Shown: positions 30,664 to 40,513, counted from the first letter of the stretch. The stretch: 64,000 nucleotides of DNA from Pseudomonadota bacterium (GCA_038134595.1 JAYPVM010000006.1:32001-96000); one strand, 5' to 3'. Notes: generated by a model not told the origin, from the sequence alone. Numbers and translations: made by a program.

Positions 30664-31410
30664 ATGAAAAGTATCGACAAAATCACACAAAAAAATACTC
30701 AGTCCCGAATGTCACCTTCGACGCGAACCATACCTAAAGTTCACCTCACGGCACAGACATCTTCAGACACTTCCCGAAGCGCCACACGGCTCACTCAAGT
30801 GCCATCAGTTCTTCGCAATTACCTGCTAAGTATGCTTTTGTTCTCTTTTTGCGGATGCTTCTCTACTCATCTTCCAGAGACCCCCGCACCTTCTCACTTG
30901 CAAAGATTACTAAGACTATCTGAGCAAGACATTCCAACTACAATCGACTACGCATCACCGGCAAAGCCTGTGGGATATCAGTACCTACTTATTATGCCCT
31001 TATCTCGAGTATTTGCGCCTCATATAAAGGAGACACTAACGCAACGATTAGCTCTCCATGCAGGAATTAACAAATACCAACTCGCCTTCGACAACCAAAG
31101 TACGCGCGCAGATACGAGAATCGAAATCTCAATAAAAGAAATTCGCATTAACGGATTCGACCTTTTATTCGTTCGAAAACCAACAACACATCTTATCATC
31201 CAAGCCACCCTTTATCGGTTCGGGAAGTCCTCTCGCGAGTGCACCACTCGACAAGATGTCTCGAATTTCAAGGCATTCGCTTTCTCCAACGAGCTCCAAG
31301 CCGTGCTCGAAACTGCTGTCGATAGAGCCGCACAGGATATTATCACCTGCCTAGGACTCTCAGATCCCGCATCGCCTCTACCAACGTATACTGAAAATGA
31401 AATGTATTAA
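30664..31410 (+). CDS. Hypothetical protein, probable lipoprotein (true start probably downstream, e.g. GTG 30799)
   Basis: Long ORF overlapping the next gene; hydrophobic LLSMLLFSFCGC lipobox-like segment. Confidence 0.6.
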   Translation: MKSIDKITQKNTQSRMSPSTRTIPKVHLTAQTSSDTSRSATRLTQVPSVLRNYLLSMLLFSFCGCFSTHLPETPAPSHLQRLLRLSEQDIPTTIDYASPAKPVGYQYLLIMPLSRVFAPHIKETLTQRLALHAGINKYQLAFDNQSTRADTRIEISIKEIRINGFDLLFVRKPTTHLIIQATLYRFGKSSRECTTRQDVSNFKAFAFSNELQAVLETAVDRAAQDIITCLGLSDPASPLPTYTENEMY

Positions 31411-31990
31411 TTCACCTCAAATTATCTTTGCAACCCTCGTTTCGGAGGCACTCCTACTAGGCCTCGGCTTTTGCGTAGTTCCATTTGTAGCTTCGATAGG
31501 AAAATGGAACATTACACTCTACGCAATAGCGATGGGTATCCTGCTCACACTTCCTCCTTTACTGGCCAATATACTTTTGTGGCGATACAGCCACTCGCAT
31601 ACCTCATCGATATTTTATCGTTTCTCGGTAGAAGTCATTGTCCCACTCTGTCAATCGATGAACATCATAACCGCTCTCATTGTGGCCGTTCTATCGGGGA
31701 TATGTGAAGAGTTCTTCTTTCGAGGGGCGCTTAACAATCTAATCCAAATCCACACGAATCAAGCACTATCATGCATCACAACAAGCATCATTTTCGCCGT
31801 CATCCATTTTATCGGAAACATCAAACGATATGGCGCTATGATACCATTATATGTTGCAATGGGTGGCTACCTTTGGCTAATTCATCATCTGACGGAGTCA
31901 CTCGCCTGTGTAGCAGTTACACACGGCGCATACAACTTCACTGTCATTATGCTCACAAAGAGACATTCTGAGAAAATGGCTCCACTATAA
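31397..31990 (+). CDS. CPBP (CAAX/Abi) family intramembrane glutamic endopeptidase
   Basis: EEFFFRG, FAVIH and HGAYN motifs; multiple TM segments. Confidence 0.9.
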   Translation: MKCINSPQIIFATLVSEALLLGLGFCVVPFVASIGKWNITLYAIAMGILLTLPPLLANILLWRYSHSHTSSIFYRFSVEVIVPLCQSMNIITALIVAVLSGICEEFFFRGALNNLIQIHTNQALSCITTSIIFAVIHFIGNIKRYGAMIPLYVAMGGYLWLIHHLTESLACVAVTHGAYNFTVIMLTKRHSEKMAPL

Positions 31991-32015
31991 TTGTTTCGTA
32001 ATAGGTCAGCGTCTC

Positions 32016-33257
32016 TTATGCAAACATCTTACGAGCCGCGACAATCGCTCCCTCCAATTTCACAACATCCTCAACGCTTGAATACAAACCAAAACTAGCC
32101 CGAACAGTAGCTGAGACGCCAAGAGCACGTAACGTTGGCATTGCGCAATGATTACCGGCTCGAATCTGGACTCCGTGCGCATCTGCAACAGTCGCAAAAT
32201 CATGCGGATGAACACCTTTGATATCAAAAGAAATCCCCCCAGCTTGAAGTCCATTCTCTATGCCAGGCCCATAAATAATGATATCCTTTTGGGACTGCAA
32301 CATATCATAAGCATTCTGCATAATATGGTGCTCGTGCGATCTAATATCATTCCAAGAAAACTGATTTAAAAATCTAATTGCGGCCCCCAAAGCTATCGCC
32401 TCATGAAACGCTGGGGTCCCTGCTTCAAATCGCTGAGGAATTTCAGCTAATCCAAAATCCTCAGTGGTTACATAAGAGATCATATCGCCTCCCCCCAATA
32501 GGGGCTCCAACACAGCTAACGATTCACTACGGCCATATAAGACCCCAACTCCGGTTGGCCCATAAATTTTATGCCCCGAAAAAACATAAAAATCACAACC
32601 CAACTCGTCAACATTAACTCCGAGATGAACAACCCCCTGCGAGCCATCTACAACTACACAAGCCCCACCCGCCTTACCAACTTCGACTAATTCTTTAATG
32701 GGCGTTACCGTTCCAATAGAATTCGCCAACTGCGTGACAGCGATGATGCGAGGTTTCAGACGAGAAACTTTCTCCCTATAATCCTCCATATTAAGGGTTC
32801 CATCTTGATGGATATCAACGAATTCAATTGAGGCATTACACCGTTTCGCAAGCATCTGCCACGGAACAATGTTGCTGTGATGTTCAAGTAAAGAAAGGAG
32901 AATGACATCCCCCTCATTAATGGCATGCTCATAACCCCGTGCAATTAAATTGATCCCTTCAGTAGCTCCTTTCACGAAAACAATACTTTCCGAACGTACC
33001 GCGCCGATGAATTTCGCTATATCTTTACGCGCTCCCTCGTATCGTTCTGAAGCTTGTGCGCTCAGACTGTAAGCGCCCCGATGAACATTGGCATTAATGA
33101 AGCTCATCGATTCGCACAGCGAGTCAATTACCACAGAGGGCTTCTGGGTTGTAGCCGCAGAATCGAGGTAAGCCACATCAGGTTGTTGGCAAAAGAAAGG
33201 AAACATACTGCGAACAGAATTCCCAGGTTTGTAATCCTGCTCTCGAGATTCGGTCAT
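32016..33257 (-). CDS. sufS: SufS-family cysteine desulfurase
   Basis: YLDSAATTQKP, ANVHRG, EHHSNIVPWQ, FSGHKIYGPTG and RAGNHCA motifs. Start placed at ATG 33257. Confidence 0.9.
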   Translation of the reverse strand: MTESREQDYKPGNSVRSMFPFFCQQPDVAYLDSAATTQKPSVVIDSLCESMSFINANVHRGAYSLSAQASERYEGARKDIAKFIGAVRSESIVFVKGATEGINLIARGYEHAINEGDVILLSLLEHHSNIVPWQMLAKRCNASIEFVDIHQDGTLNMEDYREKVSRLKPRIIAVTQLANSIGTVTPIKELVEVGKAGGACVVVDGSQGVVHLGVNVDELGCDFYVFSGHKIYGPTGVGVLYGRSESLAVLEPLLGGGDMISYVTTEDFGLAEIPQRFEAGTPAFHEAIALGAAIRFLNQFSWNDIRSHEHHIMQNAYDMLQSQKDIIIYGPGIENGLQAGGISFDIKGVHPHDFATVADAHGVQIRAGNHCAMPTLRALGVSATVRASFGLYSSVEDVVKLEGAIVAARKMFA

Positions 33258-33565
33258 ATAGAATCCATGAAAAACTTTTTTATCTCTAGCTACCCTTCCC
33301 TTACACACCCCCTAAAAGCAGATGAACACCAAAGTCACCTTGGTATCTGCAAGCACCCTACTAAGGCCGCCCGAGAGCTATCAAAGCATCCATTTCAGTA
33401 TAACTTTGATGCCAAATGGTGCCAACATACCCAAGTCTCTGATTTAACTAAATTTGCCGTATTATCAAGACACAAATAGTTTAGATCCCTATAAATGCGA
33501 GCAAATACCGTCAGCTCTATTCATAAAGCAGGAGTAATCTTTTTTTATGCCGTGTACGATTTTTC

Positions 33566-33595
33566 TTGACCTAAGCCCATCCGAGACCCTATTCT
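33566..33595 (+). promoter_or_regulatory. Putative sigma70 promoter
   Basis: TTGACC (33566-33571), 18 nt, TATTCT (33590-33595), immediately before the start of the structured region. Confidence 0.55.
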
Positions 33596-33601
33596 TGCCT
33601 C

Positions 33602-34220
33602 CGCGGTTTGTTACAGTTGTTACTGTTCGCGGTCATGTTGTAAACCAAGTCGCTTGAAGGTGGGTCTTAAAAGACATCCCAAGAGTGACTTTCTGAGCAG
33701 TATGACGTCCTCCCCGATTTTATTGGCAAAGGTTTTACTTTGTTATTAAACACCGGGGGCTCTAACTCAGGCAGCTCCGACTTTAGGAGCTTCCTAGAAG
33801 AGTCCGGGGCAAAAGCGAATCAACATCTGACGAGCGTAATTATCGCCTAGTGGCGTGACATGAATGTGTTGAGGTATCCCGTTAGCTAGTTCCCCTTGGT
33901 AATATTCAGGAGGGGCTGCCAAACGGGTTTTGTTTGTCTGTAAGGATTAACAGCTCGCCATACTCTGGTCCCTTCCAATATGTGGTGCTTTCGATCTCCA
34001 CTACCGCGTTGGGAATGCAACGAGTACAACAGTGGCACGTAAGTAGGCGGTAATGATGTCTAAAACAGGCGGTTAGGCGTATACATTCGGTTGCGCCGGA
34101 ATGGATGTAGCAATAGGAAGCTGTAAGCCCTGCTCACCAACTTGTGCAAGATTTAATTTTTTTTAATTCGCTGCTTGAGTAGGTGGAAACTTTCTGAGAG
34201 GGTGGAGGGCCTGTTGCTTT
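33602..34220 (+). ncRNA. Candidate large structured RNA or extraordinarily long structured 5' leader (~620 nt), family unrecognised
   Basis: At least ten helices found by eye with many G-U pairs (which favours the + strand); no ORF of 60 aa or more; upstream promoter. Confidence 0.65.
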
Positions 34221-34243
34221 AACTTTTTGTAAGGTGGTCAAAG

Positions 34244-34531
34244 ATGAAATTTTGGTCAAATTCAGACACTCCTCCTCCAGGTGGAGTAATTCCCGAGTTG
34301 CGATTACTAGCTGCGGTTTTACAACGAGCTATTCACGATTTTCTTAGCGGCGACGGTGATGTTCGCGAAGGCGCACGTGCGTGGCTTATGGATGATGAGC
34401 CTACTGATGCTCCCCTTAGCTTCAAATTTATCTGTGAAGCTCTGGATCTTGATTTAGATAGCCTCCGAACAGCTATCGGTCGTCAAGCTTCCGCACAGTC
34501 TCGTGAATACGCGACAGCAGAGGCTGTATAA
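34244..34531 (+). CDS. Small helical hypothetical protein (95 aa)
   Basis: AAGGTGG SD before ATG; PELRLLAAVLQRAIHD...ARAWL...SFKFICEALDLD...LR pattern resembles a recurrent uncharacterised family (from memory, unverified). Confidence 0.85.
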   Translation: MKFWSNSDTPPPGGVIPELRLLAAVLQRAIHDFLSGDGDVREGARAWLMDDEPTDAPLSFKFICEALDLDLDSLRTAIGRQASAQSREYATAEAV

Positions 34532-34558
34532 GAACTCTCCCGATTGGTAAGAGTTAGC

Positions 34559-34598
34559 AAAACCCTCGGAAATATTTTATGTATTTTCCGGGGGTTTT
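34559..34598 (+). terminator. Hairpin after the 95-aa gene, probable terminator
   Basis: AAAACCCTCGGAAA (34559-34572) pairs with TTTCCGGGGGTTTT (34585-34598). Confidence 0.6.
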
Positions 34599-34775
34599 CC
34601 CATTTCCTCATCTTGGAACCAACAAAGATACTAATCATAGTTTGATTAGGCAGTACCTGCAGGTCCTTATCTCCCTTTTCCTTCGGCCTATTCGACAGTA
34701 TACTATTCACATGTTCGCCCCACGTGGTGCAATTGAATCTATATTTTAACAACTTAAATGGTTGGCCAGCCCCCA

Positions 34776-35048
34776 ATGAGTACTGAAAACGAAGGGACCT
34801 CAATAGGGAACAAACCGGAGCTGTGGACAGCATTACTGCACGAGCTAGATGACAAACTCCAGCTCGCCCTTCTTGCTCGACTCGAACGTGTTTCCTCATA
34901 TCACATGGAATCTACAACGCTCTTTATTACTCCAGGCAATGAAGAAGACCGAGAATACCTTACTAGTAACGACACCCTACAACAATTAAAGCTCATTGCA
35001 GAGGACACTATGGGAGCAACCTCGGTTACTATTCAGCCGGTCGATTAA
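34776..35048 (+). CDS. Small hypothetical protein, possibly a DnaA domain I / DnaX C-terminal-like KH fold
   Basis: LWTALLHEL...LFITPGNEEDREYL...LKLIAEDTMG..SVTI helix/strand pattern. Confidence 0.6.
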   Translation: MSTENEGTSIGNKPELWTALLHELDDKLQLALLARLERVSSYHMESTTLFITPGNEEDREYLTSNDTLQQLKLIAEDTMGATSVTIQPVD

Positions 35049-35262
35049 TCCAGATCATTTAGCTCAAAGATGCTATCAACTCTCAGGATTTTCAAATTTT
35101 TTAGTTAGTACGTCTTCGCGAATCAGTCTGCTTAATCAAAACCGACTGATTAGACCGTATTTACTAGCTTTCATGCCCTAACGAGTTAACAGCTTTCAGG
35201 ATACACCAGCCGTCCCCTGCCGTTTACACCTGCTTGATTGCTTATCCTCTCTCTATCGGGAT

Positions 35263-35289
35263 AAAAAAGGCGGTATTAACCGCCTTTTT
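35263..35289 (-). terminator. Bidirectional intrinsic terminator downstream of ftsZ
   Basis: AAAAAAGGCGGT-ATTA-ACCGCCTTTTT, a GC stem flanked by A and T tracts. Confidence 0.85.
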
Positions 35290-35318
35290 CTCCAACTTAA
35301 ATCTCTATCGTATAGAAA

Positions 35319-36470
35319 CTAATCAGCTTGCTTTCGTAAAAATGTCGGAATCTCAAACTTATCATCATCATCTGATGTAGATAAAACAGAGAGCTTCTTC
35401 AATTTAATAACCTCAGATGGCGCAGTCGTTCCTGCCGCTACCTTTCGACCGGCAAGGCCGGCATCATCAGAAACCGGTTTTGAACCAGCCGGTAAAGAGC
35501 TAGCTACCGCATCTCCGAAACCAGTTGCTATCACCGTAACACGCACCTTATCTGAGAGGTTTTCATCTATCACCATACCCCAAATGATATTCGCATCATC
35601 ATGAGACTCACCATGAATCAGTTCTGCTGCCTCATTAACCTCTTGAAGCGTTACATCAGGCGAAGCGGTAACGTTAATGAGCACTCCTCGAGCTCCGTGA
35701 ATCGAGATATCCTCAAGCAACGGACTAGAGATCGCTTTTTCTGCCGCCTCTACCGCTCGATTATCCCCGCTTGCCTCACCCGTTCCCATCATTGCCATGC
35801 CCATTTCAGACATAACAGCTCTAACATCGGCAAAGTCTACGTTGACTAAACCTTCACAAATAATAAGGTCACTAATTCCTTTGACAGCTTGATAGAGCAC
35901 ATCATCGGCCTTGCGGAAGGTATCAAGCAATGATGTATTCCGGCCCGCGATAGAAAGAAGTCGCTGATTCGGAATTGTGATAAGAGTGTCCGCGTGCTTT
36001 CGAAGCTCTTCAATGCCGAAGTCAGCGTTTTTCATTCTCCGCTTTCCTTCGAACATGAAAGGCTTTGTGACCACACCAACTGTGAGACATCCTATACTTT
36101 TGGCAACTTCCGCAACAACTGAAGCACCAAAGGTACCGGTACCACCACCCATTCCAGCTGTGATAAATACCATGTCAGCGCCATCCAGAGCCTTGCGAAT
36201 CTCTTCAACACTCTCCCTCGCAGCAGCCCGTCCAACTTCCGGATCAGCGCCCGCTCCCAAGCCCTTGGTGATGTCGTCCCCAAGACAAATCTTATTCTCC
36301 GGAAGACATGATGCCAAAGCCTGCGCATCCGTATTGGCCCCGAAGAACTCGACCCCTGTTAGACCGCTTCGGATCATGTTGTTGACGGCGTTTAATCCGC
36401 CTCCACCTATACCAAATACTTTTATCTTCGCATTACTCGCTTGAAGAAGCTTACCCGTTACCTCATCCAT
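35319..36470 (-). CDS. ftsZ: Cell division protein FtsZ
   Basis: IKVFGIGGGGLNAVN, NTDAQAL, GLGAGADP, NVDFADV and C-terminal EIPTFLRKQAD; GGAGG upstream of ATG 36470. Confidence 0.98.
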   Translation of the reverse strand: MDEVTGKLLQASNAKIKVFGIGGGGLNAVNNMIRSGLTGVEFFGANTDAQALASCLPENKICLGDDITKGLGAGADPEVGRAAARESVEEIRKALDGADMVFITAGMGGGTGTFGASVVAEVAKSIGCLTVGVVTKPFMFEGKRRMKNADFGIEELRKHADTLITIPNQRLLSIAGRNTSLLDTFRKADDVLYQAVKGISDLIICEGLVNVDFADVRAVMSEMGMAMMGTGEASGDNRAVEAAEKAISSPLLEDISIHGARGVLINVTASPDVTLQEVNEAAELIHGESHDDANIIWGMVIDENLSDKVRVTVIATGFGDAVASSLPAGSKPVSDDAGLAGRKVAAGTTAPSEVIKLKKLSVLSTSDDDDKFEIPTFLRKQAD

Positions 36471-36882
36471 GCTTCCATCCTCCGCACTACTAAGAAATTC
36501 AAAATTAAGCTGTTGACAGCGCCTTACTTTAGCATCCACTTGCAAAAAACCGAAGAAAAAGGTGCATGCGATCCCATCTTATTTGCATTTTTTTAAAGGT
36601 CATTTCTCTCAAAGCCCTTGGTGACCCTAAACAAACAACAAAACCACATAACATCAATTATTTATCAGGACAATCACTATCTCCACAATCGGTTTCGCAA
36701 CCAGGACAGCAACGTACGTACTGAGCCGGTATCTCCATTTGCCAAGCACCAAACTAGTTCTTGCCTGTATCGATTACTCCTCGGCTGGACAATACTTTAG
36801 TAGCCTATGCGGTCAAAAGTAAAGAGATACAAAAGCTGTTTCTCTCTAAAGCTAGCAATTAGAATAAATTTTTTGATGCAGG

Positions 36883-38121
36883 CTAAAAATGCTCGGCAAA
36901 CCAACCTGCAAACTTTCGCATCGTCGTACCCAAGGCCCCACCGAACTGCCTCGAGTCAATTTTTCGCCCTCGAATTTGGCTTGCCGAACAACCCTGCCGA
37001 ACCAGTCCAACCGCGGTTGCATACTCGGGGGCCCTTACCAAGTCCTTCAATCCATTAACCTCAAACTCCCCGGCGGCCCTTACAGGCAAATTAAGTGCCT
37101 GTTCAGCCATCTGAGTCAAACCAGGTAGATTTGCAGTGCCGCCAGTAAGAACGACTCCGCCAATGAGCATGTCAGCGCAACCTGCTTTCACTACATGATG
37201 CTGAACTAAGCTAATAATCTCAGCCATACGCGGCTCGATTATGTCGGATAAGATAGACTTAGATAGCACTCGCGGTTGTCGCCCCCCAACCGAGGGGACT
37301 TCAATAATGTCATTTAAAGACGCTCCCGCAACACACACCGCCCCGTAATCGCACTTGATGCGCTCAGCAGATGCAACTGGAGTACGGAGCCCCGCCGCAA
37401 TATCATTTGTGATATGATTACCGCCTACCGGCAGAACATGCGTATAATGCACACCGCCGGCATGAAAAACTGACAAGCCAGTCGTACCGCCCCCAATATC
37501 AACCACTAAAACTCCGAGCTCTTGCTCCTCCTCAGAGACAGCCGCGGCACCTGCCGCCAGGGGAGAGGCAATAATATCTCGAACTGACAAGCCACACCGA
37601 TTGGCGCATTTAACCACATTTTGACCGCTCGCTATCGCCCCTGTGAGTAGATGGACATTCACCTCTAATCGAACTCCAGACATTCCAACTGGATCTCGAA
37701 CGCCATCCTGATCATCAACAATAAATTCCTGCGGTAAAACATGCAGAATTTCTCTATCCAACGGCAATGCTACAGCGCGGGCCGCCTCTATCACTTTCTC
37801 GATATCTGCTACCGAAACTTCATTATTCTTGACTGCAACTATTCCATGACTGTTCTGAGAGCGTATATGACTTCCAGATATAGATGCGATAACTGAAGAG
37901 ATTTCACAGCCCCCCATTGACTCGGCTTGGCTCATCGCCTTCGCTATCGCCGATACCGTGCTCTCAATATTAACAACAACTCCCTTTCGAAGCCCGCGAG
38001 ATGGGGCCGAACCAACCCCTATGATATCGACTCCTCCATCCTCAGTGCGAGCACCAATCACCACCTTAATGCTCGAAGTACCTATATCTAATCCGGTCAC
38101 TAACGACGATGAGCTTGCCAT
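36883..38121 (-). CDS. ftsA: Cell division protein FtsA
   Basis: GLDIGTSSIK, GLRKGVVVNIE, VDIGGGTT, VLTGG and YATAVGL motifs; C-terminal amphipathic helix. Confidence 0.97.
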   Translation of the reverse strand: MASSSSLVTGLDIGTSSIKVVIGARTEDGGVDIIGVGSAPSRGLRKGVVVNIESTVSAIAKAMSQAESMGGCEISSVIASISGSHIRSQNSHGIVAVKNNEVSVADIEKVIEAARAVALPLDREILHVLPQEFIVDDQDGVRDPVGMSGVRLEVNVHLLTGAIASGQNVVKCANRCGLSVRDIIASPLAAGAAAVSEEEQELGVLVVDIGGGTTGLSVFHAGGVHYTHVLPVGGNHITNDIAAGLRTPVASAERIKCDYGAVCVAGASLNDIIEVPSVGGRQPRVLSKSILSDIIEPRMAEIISLVQHHVVKAGCADMLIGGVVLTGGTANLPGLTQMAEQALNLPVRAAGEFEVNGLKDLVRAPEYATAVGLVRQGCSASQIRGRKIDSRQFGGALGTTMRKFAGWFAEHF

Positions 38122-38422
38122 ACCGAATTCTCCATATAACCCTTTTTACGTTCAGCACTTTGAGTGAGAAACCAATTGAGTGTAAGCCCCTTTCGTTCAG
38201 CCGCACTGAAACAACTACTGCGCCCCAAAACGAAGAGCTAATACACACAATACTCCGAACTTCTTAGGGTCTTATCGTCTTTAAATGACAGACAATTCAA
38301 CCCCGTTCTATTACCATTAGTTTAGAGCGACGTGCCACCTGCCCAGATTAAACAGAGTTTGAACGACTCGCAAGACACTAATTTTGCGATCTATTCCTAT
38401 AACGCTTCAGATATTCAACACG

Positions 38423-39211
38423 TCAGGGTGTACGAAATGACACCACCCCTACCCGATTAAAGGCTAAGTCTATTTTATCAATATCCGAATATCGATCGCG
38501 AACTTCATACAAGAGCGCAGCGCACCTTTTACCCTGCTCCGCTAAGGCCACTCCATTGGAGGATTCAAGGCCGAATATGATCGGAAACGGCAATCCCTGG
38601 AAGTTTACTTTTAGATCTCCGTGGCCAATAAATGCCAGAGAGACAACTGCTTTTCCAACCTCCTTCTGCAATATTGTCATAAAACTACTTGCTGAATAAA
38701 GCTGACTCCTCACCACCTCAGGCGAACTCACCCGTGAAGCTAGTCCCTTGATTGACACTAGCTTCATATCGTATCGAAGCAGTACGACATCACTATCCGG
38801 CACTATAAACGAGCCCTCTCCGTCCACTATCCAAGTATTTCCATCGACCACAGCGCTAAATACAGGCTCCCTCTCTTGGATCCTTAGAACGAAACACCCC
38901 CATTTAGACATCAAGCCTTCATCACAAGAATCAACAGAGGCTGATTTAATCCAAGGATTGTCCATCAACTTTGCTTGAATTTCGGGCTCATTCAAATGCC
39001 ACCATAAGACTGAGCGAGAATGCGGCAACAGAGGCTCAATATCACTGTGAGTTAACACTACAAGCCCCTGCACCTTAACTTTCTTGTCATTCCAGAAGGA
39101 TGCAGCAATTTTCGCACTCTCACTAAGTCCGGATTTAAAAAACTCCGGATTATCGAGCACATGAATAAAAACAACTGCGGCAGCGAGTGCCAATGTATAG
39201 ACAATTCTCAT
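38423..39211 (-). CDS. ftsQ: FtsQ/DivIB-like POTRA domain protein (divergent)
   Basis: N-terminal TM; NPWIKSASV, IQEREP, IVDGEG and IDLAF; upstream of ftsA. Confidence 0.75.
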   Translation of the reverse strand: MRIVYTLALAAAVVFIHVLDNPEFFKSGLSESAKIAASFWNDKKVKVQGLVVLTHSDIEPLLPHSRSVLWWHLNEPEIQAKLMDNPWIKSASVDSCDEGLMSKWGCFVLRIQEREPVFSAVVDGNTWIVDGEGSFIVPDSDVVLLRYDMKLVSIKGLASRVSSPEVVRSQLYSASSFMTILQKEVGKAVVSLAFIGHGDLKVNFQGLPFPIIFGLESSNGVALAEQGKRCAALLYEVRDRYSDIDKIDLAFNRVGVVSFRTP

Positions 39212-39535
39212 ACACGTAGTATAGGACGATTACATCCGGAAGCCGATATATAAAATATGTTTCCGGAGCGAATCATTACTGAAAACAAATTCTCAGGGCT
39301 CACTTTATCTTCCACATATCGACACATCCGCCGCGCTTATAACTCATAGAAACTCCACGTCCTCATTTAATCGTAAAACGAGCCCCCAAATACCGCAGTA
39401 TCAACCAGTACGTTTTACACCAACATGTGAGCAACAGCAGACTAGGGCTTCACTCAAACGCCTAAAACAATCGAACTCTAACTTTACTCCCAGCGCCCCG
39501 CAATCTATTCACAATTGGCAGGGGTACGAAAGCTC

Positions 39536-40513
39536 TTATCCCAATGTTACTTGAGAATCGCGAACTACCGGCTCTTGGTTTTTAGCATCATACTCCCAGA
39601 GACGAATCTCCGGTTCCAAGGTTACTCCTGCCAACTGCTGCGCTTGATCCTTGCAGTACGTTATTAATTCCTGAACGTGCCTTGCCGTGCCCTGCTTGGA
39701 CGGATTAACAATCCAATTTGCGTGAAGCTCTGAAATACGAACATCGCCAATTGCAACGCCCTTCATTCCCACCTCCTCTAAGACCCTACCTGCACTCAGC
39801 GTTGGGGAAGGATTTTTAAATACCGATCCTGCCGAGGGCATTGAAAGTGGTTGCGTCGCCTTTCGGTGGGCAAGGTTATTAAGGCAGTTGGCATTGATCC
39901 TATCTCTGTCGCCACGCACAAGACTCATAACAACCTCTGTTACTATTAAGCTAGAAGGCAATCCTGAGTGCCGGTAATTCCACGCCAAATCATCGCCCTG
40001 CAACTCACAATACTTTCCCTCTTTGGAAAATCCTCTGATAAGATCAACTCGCTCCCCTATTTCTGCTCCATGTGCTCCGGCATTCATATAAACACCACCG
40101 CCGAATGACCCCGGAATGCCCGCCGCAAATTCCAATCCAGAGAATCCCTCCTTAGACATCCTCCTTGACTCTCTCATTAACGAGGCGCCCGCACCAAAGC
40201 AGAATGTCTCTTGGCAAATACTCCGGCTAGTTCGAAACTTCCCGCCCAAACGGATCACCCAACCATGTACGCCACTATCGGGAATCAATACATTACTCCC
40301 AAATCCGAGCGTCACAATCGACTGCTGTTCTGCATGCAATAACTGCAACAGTGCTTGTAGCTCCGTATCATTATCTACCGTTACAACCGCTCTACACGGG
40401 CCTCCGATTGAAAACGTCGTTAGGGTCTTTCCTTGAACATCCCTCACAACTCGACCACGAACAATCTTCTCGACGGAAGGCAGTAAAGCCGAATTAAAGC
40501 GACAACTATTCAT
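39536..40513 (-). CDS. murB: UDP-N-acetylmuramate dehydrogenase
   Basis: TTFSIGG, GSNVL, GIPGSFGGGVYMNAGAHG, SAGSVFKNP and HANWIVN motifs. Confidence 0.96.
   Translation of the reverse strand: MNSCRFNSALLPSVEKIVRGRVVRDVQGKTLTTFSIGGPCRAVVTVDNDTELQALLQLLHAEQQSIVTLGFGSNVLIPDSGVHGWVIRLGGKFRTSRSICQETFCFGAGASLMRESRRMSKEGFSGLEFAAGIPGSFGGGVYMNAGAHGAEIGERVDLIRGFSKEGKYCELQGDDLAWNYRHSGLPSSLIVTEVVMSLVRGDRDRINANCLNNLAHRKATQPLSMPSAGSVFKNPSPTLSAGRVLEEVGMKGVAIGDVRISELHANWIVNPSKQGTARHVQELITYCKDQAQQLAGVTLEPEIRLWEYDAKNQEPVVRDSQVTLG

Noticed and set aside
33405..33428. TGGCACCATTTGGCA on the minus strand as a sigma54 promoter for sufS
   Set aside because: GG-to-GC spacing is one base short of the required -24/-12 geometry.
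33793..33812. AGAAGAGTCCGGGGC resembling the RNase P GAGGAAAGTCC motif
   Set aside because: Imperfect match and no complementary 3' P4 element (AGAACCCGGCTTA-like) found.
33602..34220. tmRNA or group I/II intron identity for the large RNA
   Set aside because: No tRNA-like ends with T-loop and CCA, no recognisable group I P7/S elements, no group II domain V, and no interrupted host gene.
39212..39535. Possible ddl pseudogene between murB and ftsQ
   Set aside because: The gap is only ~325 nt and I could not recognise any Ddl motif in it.
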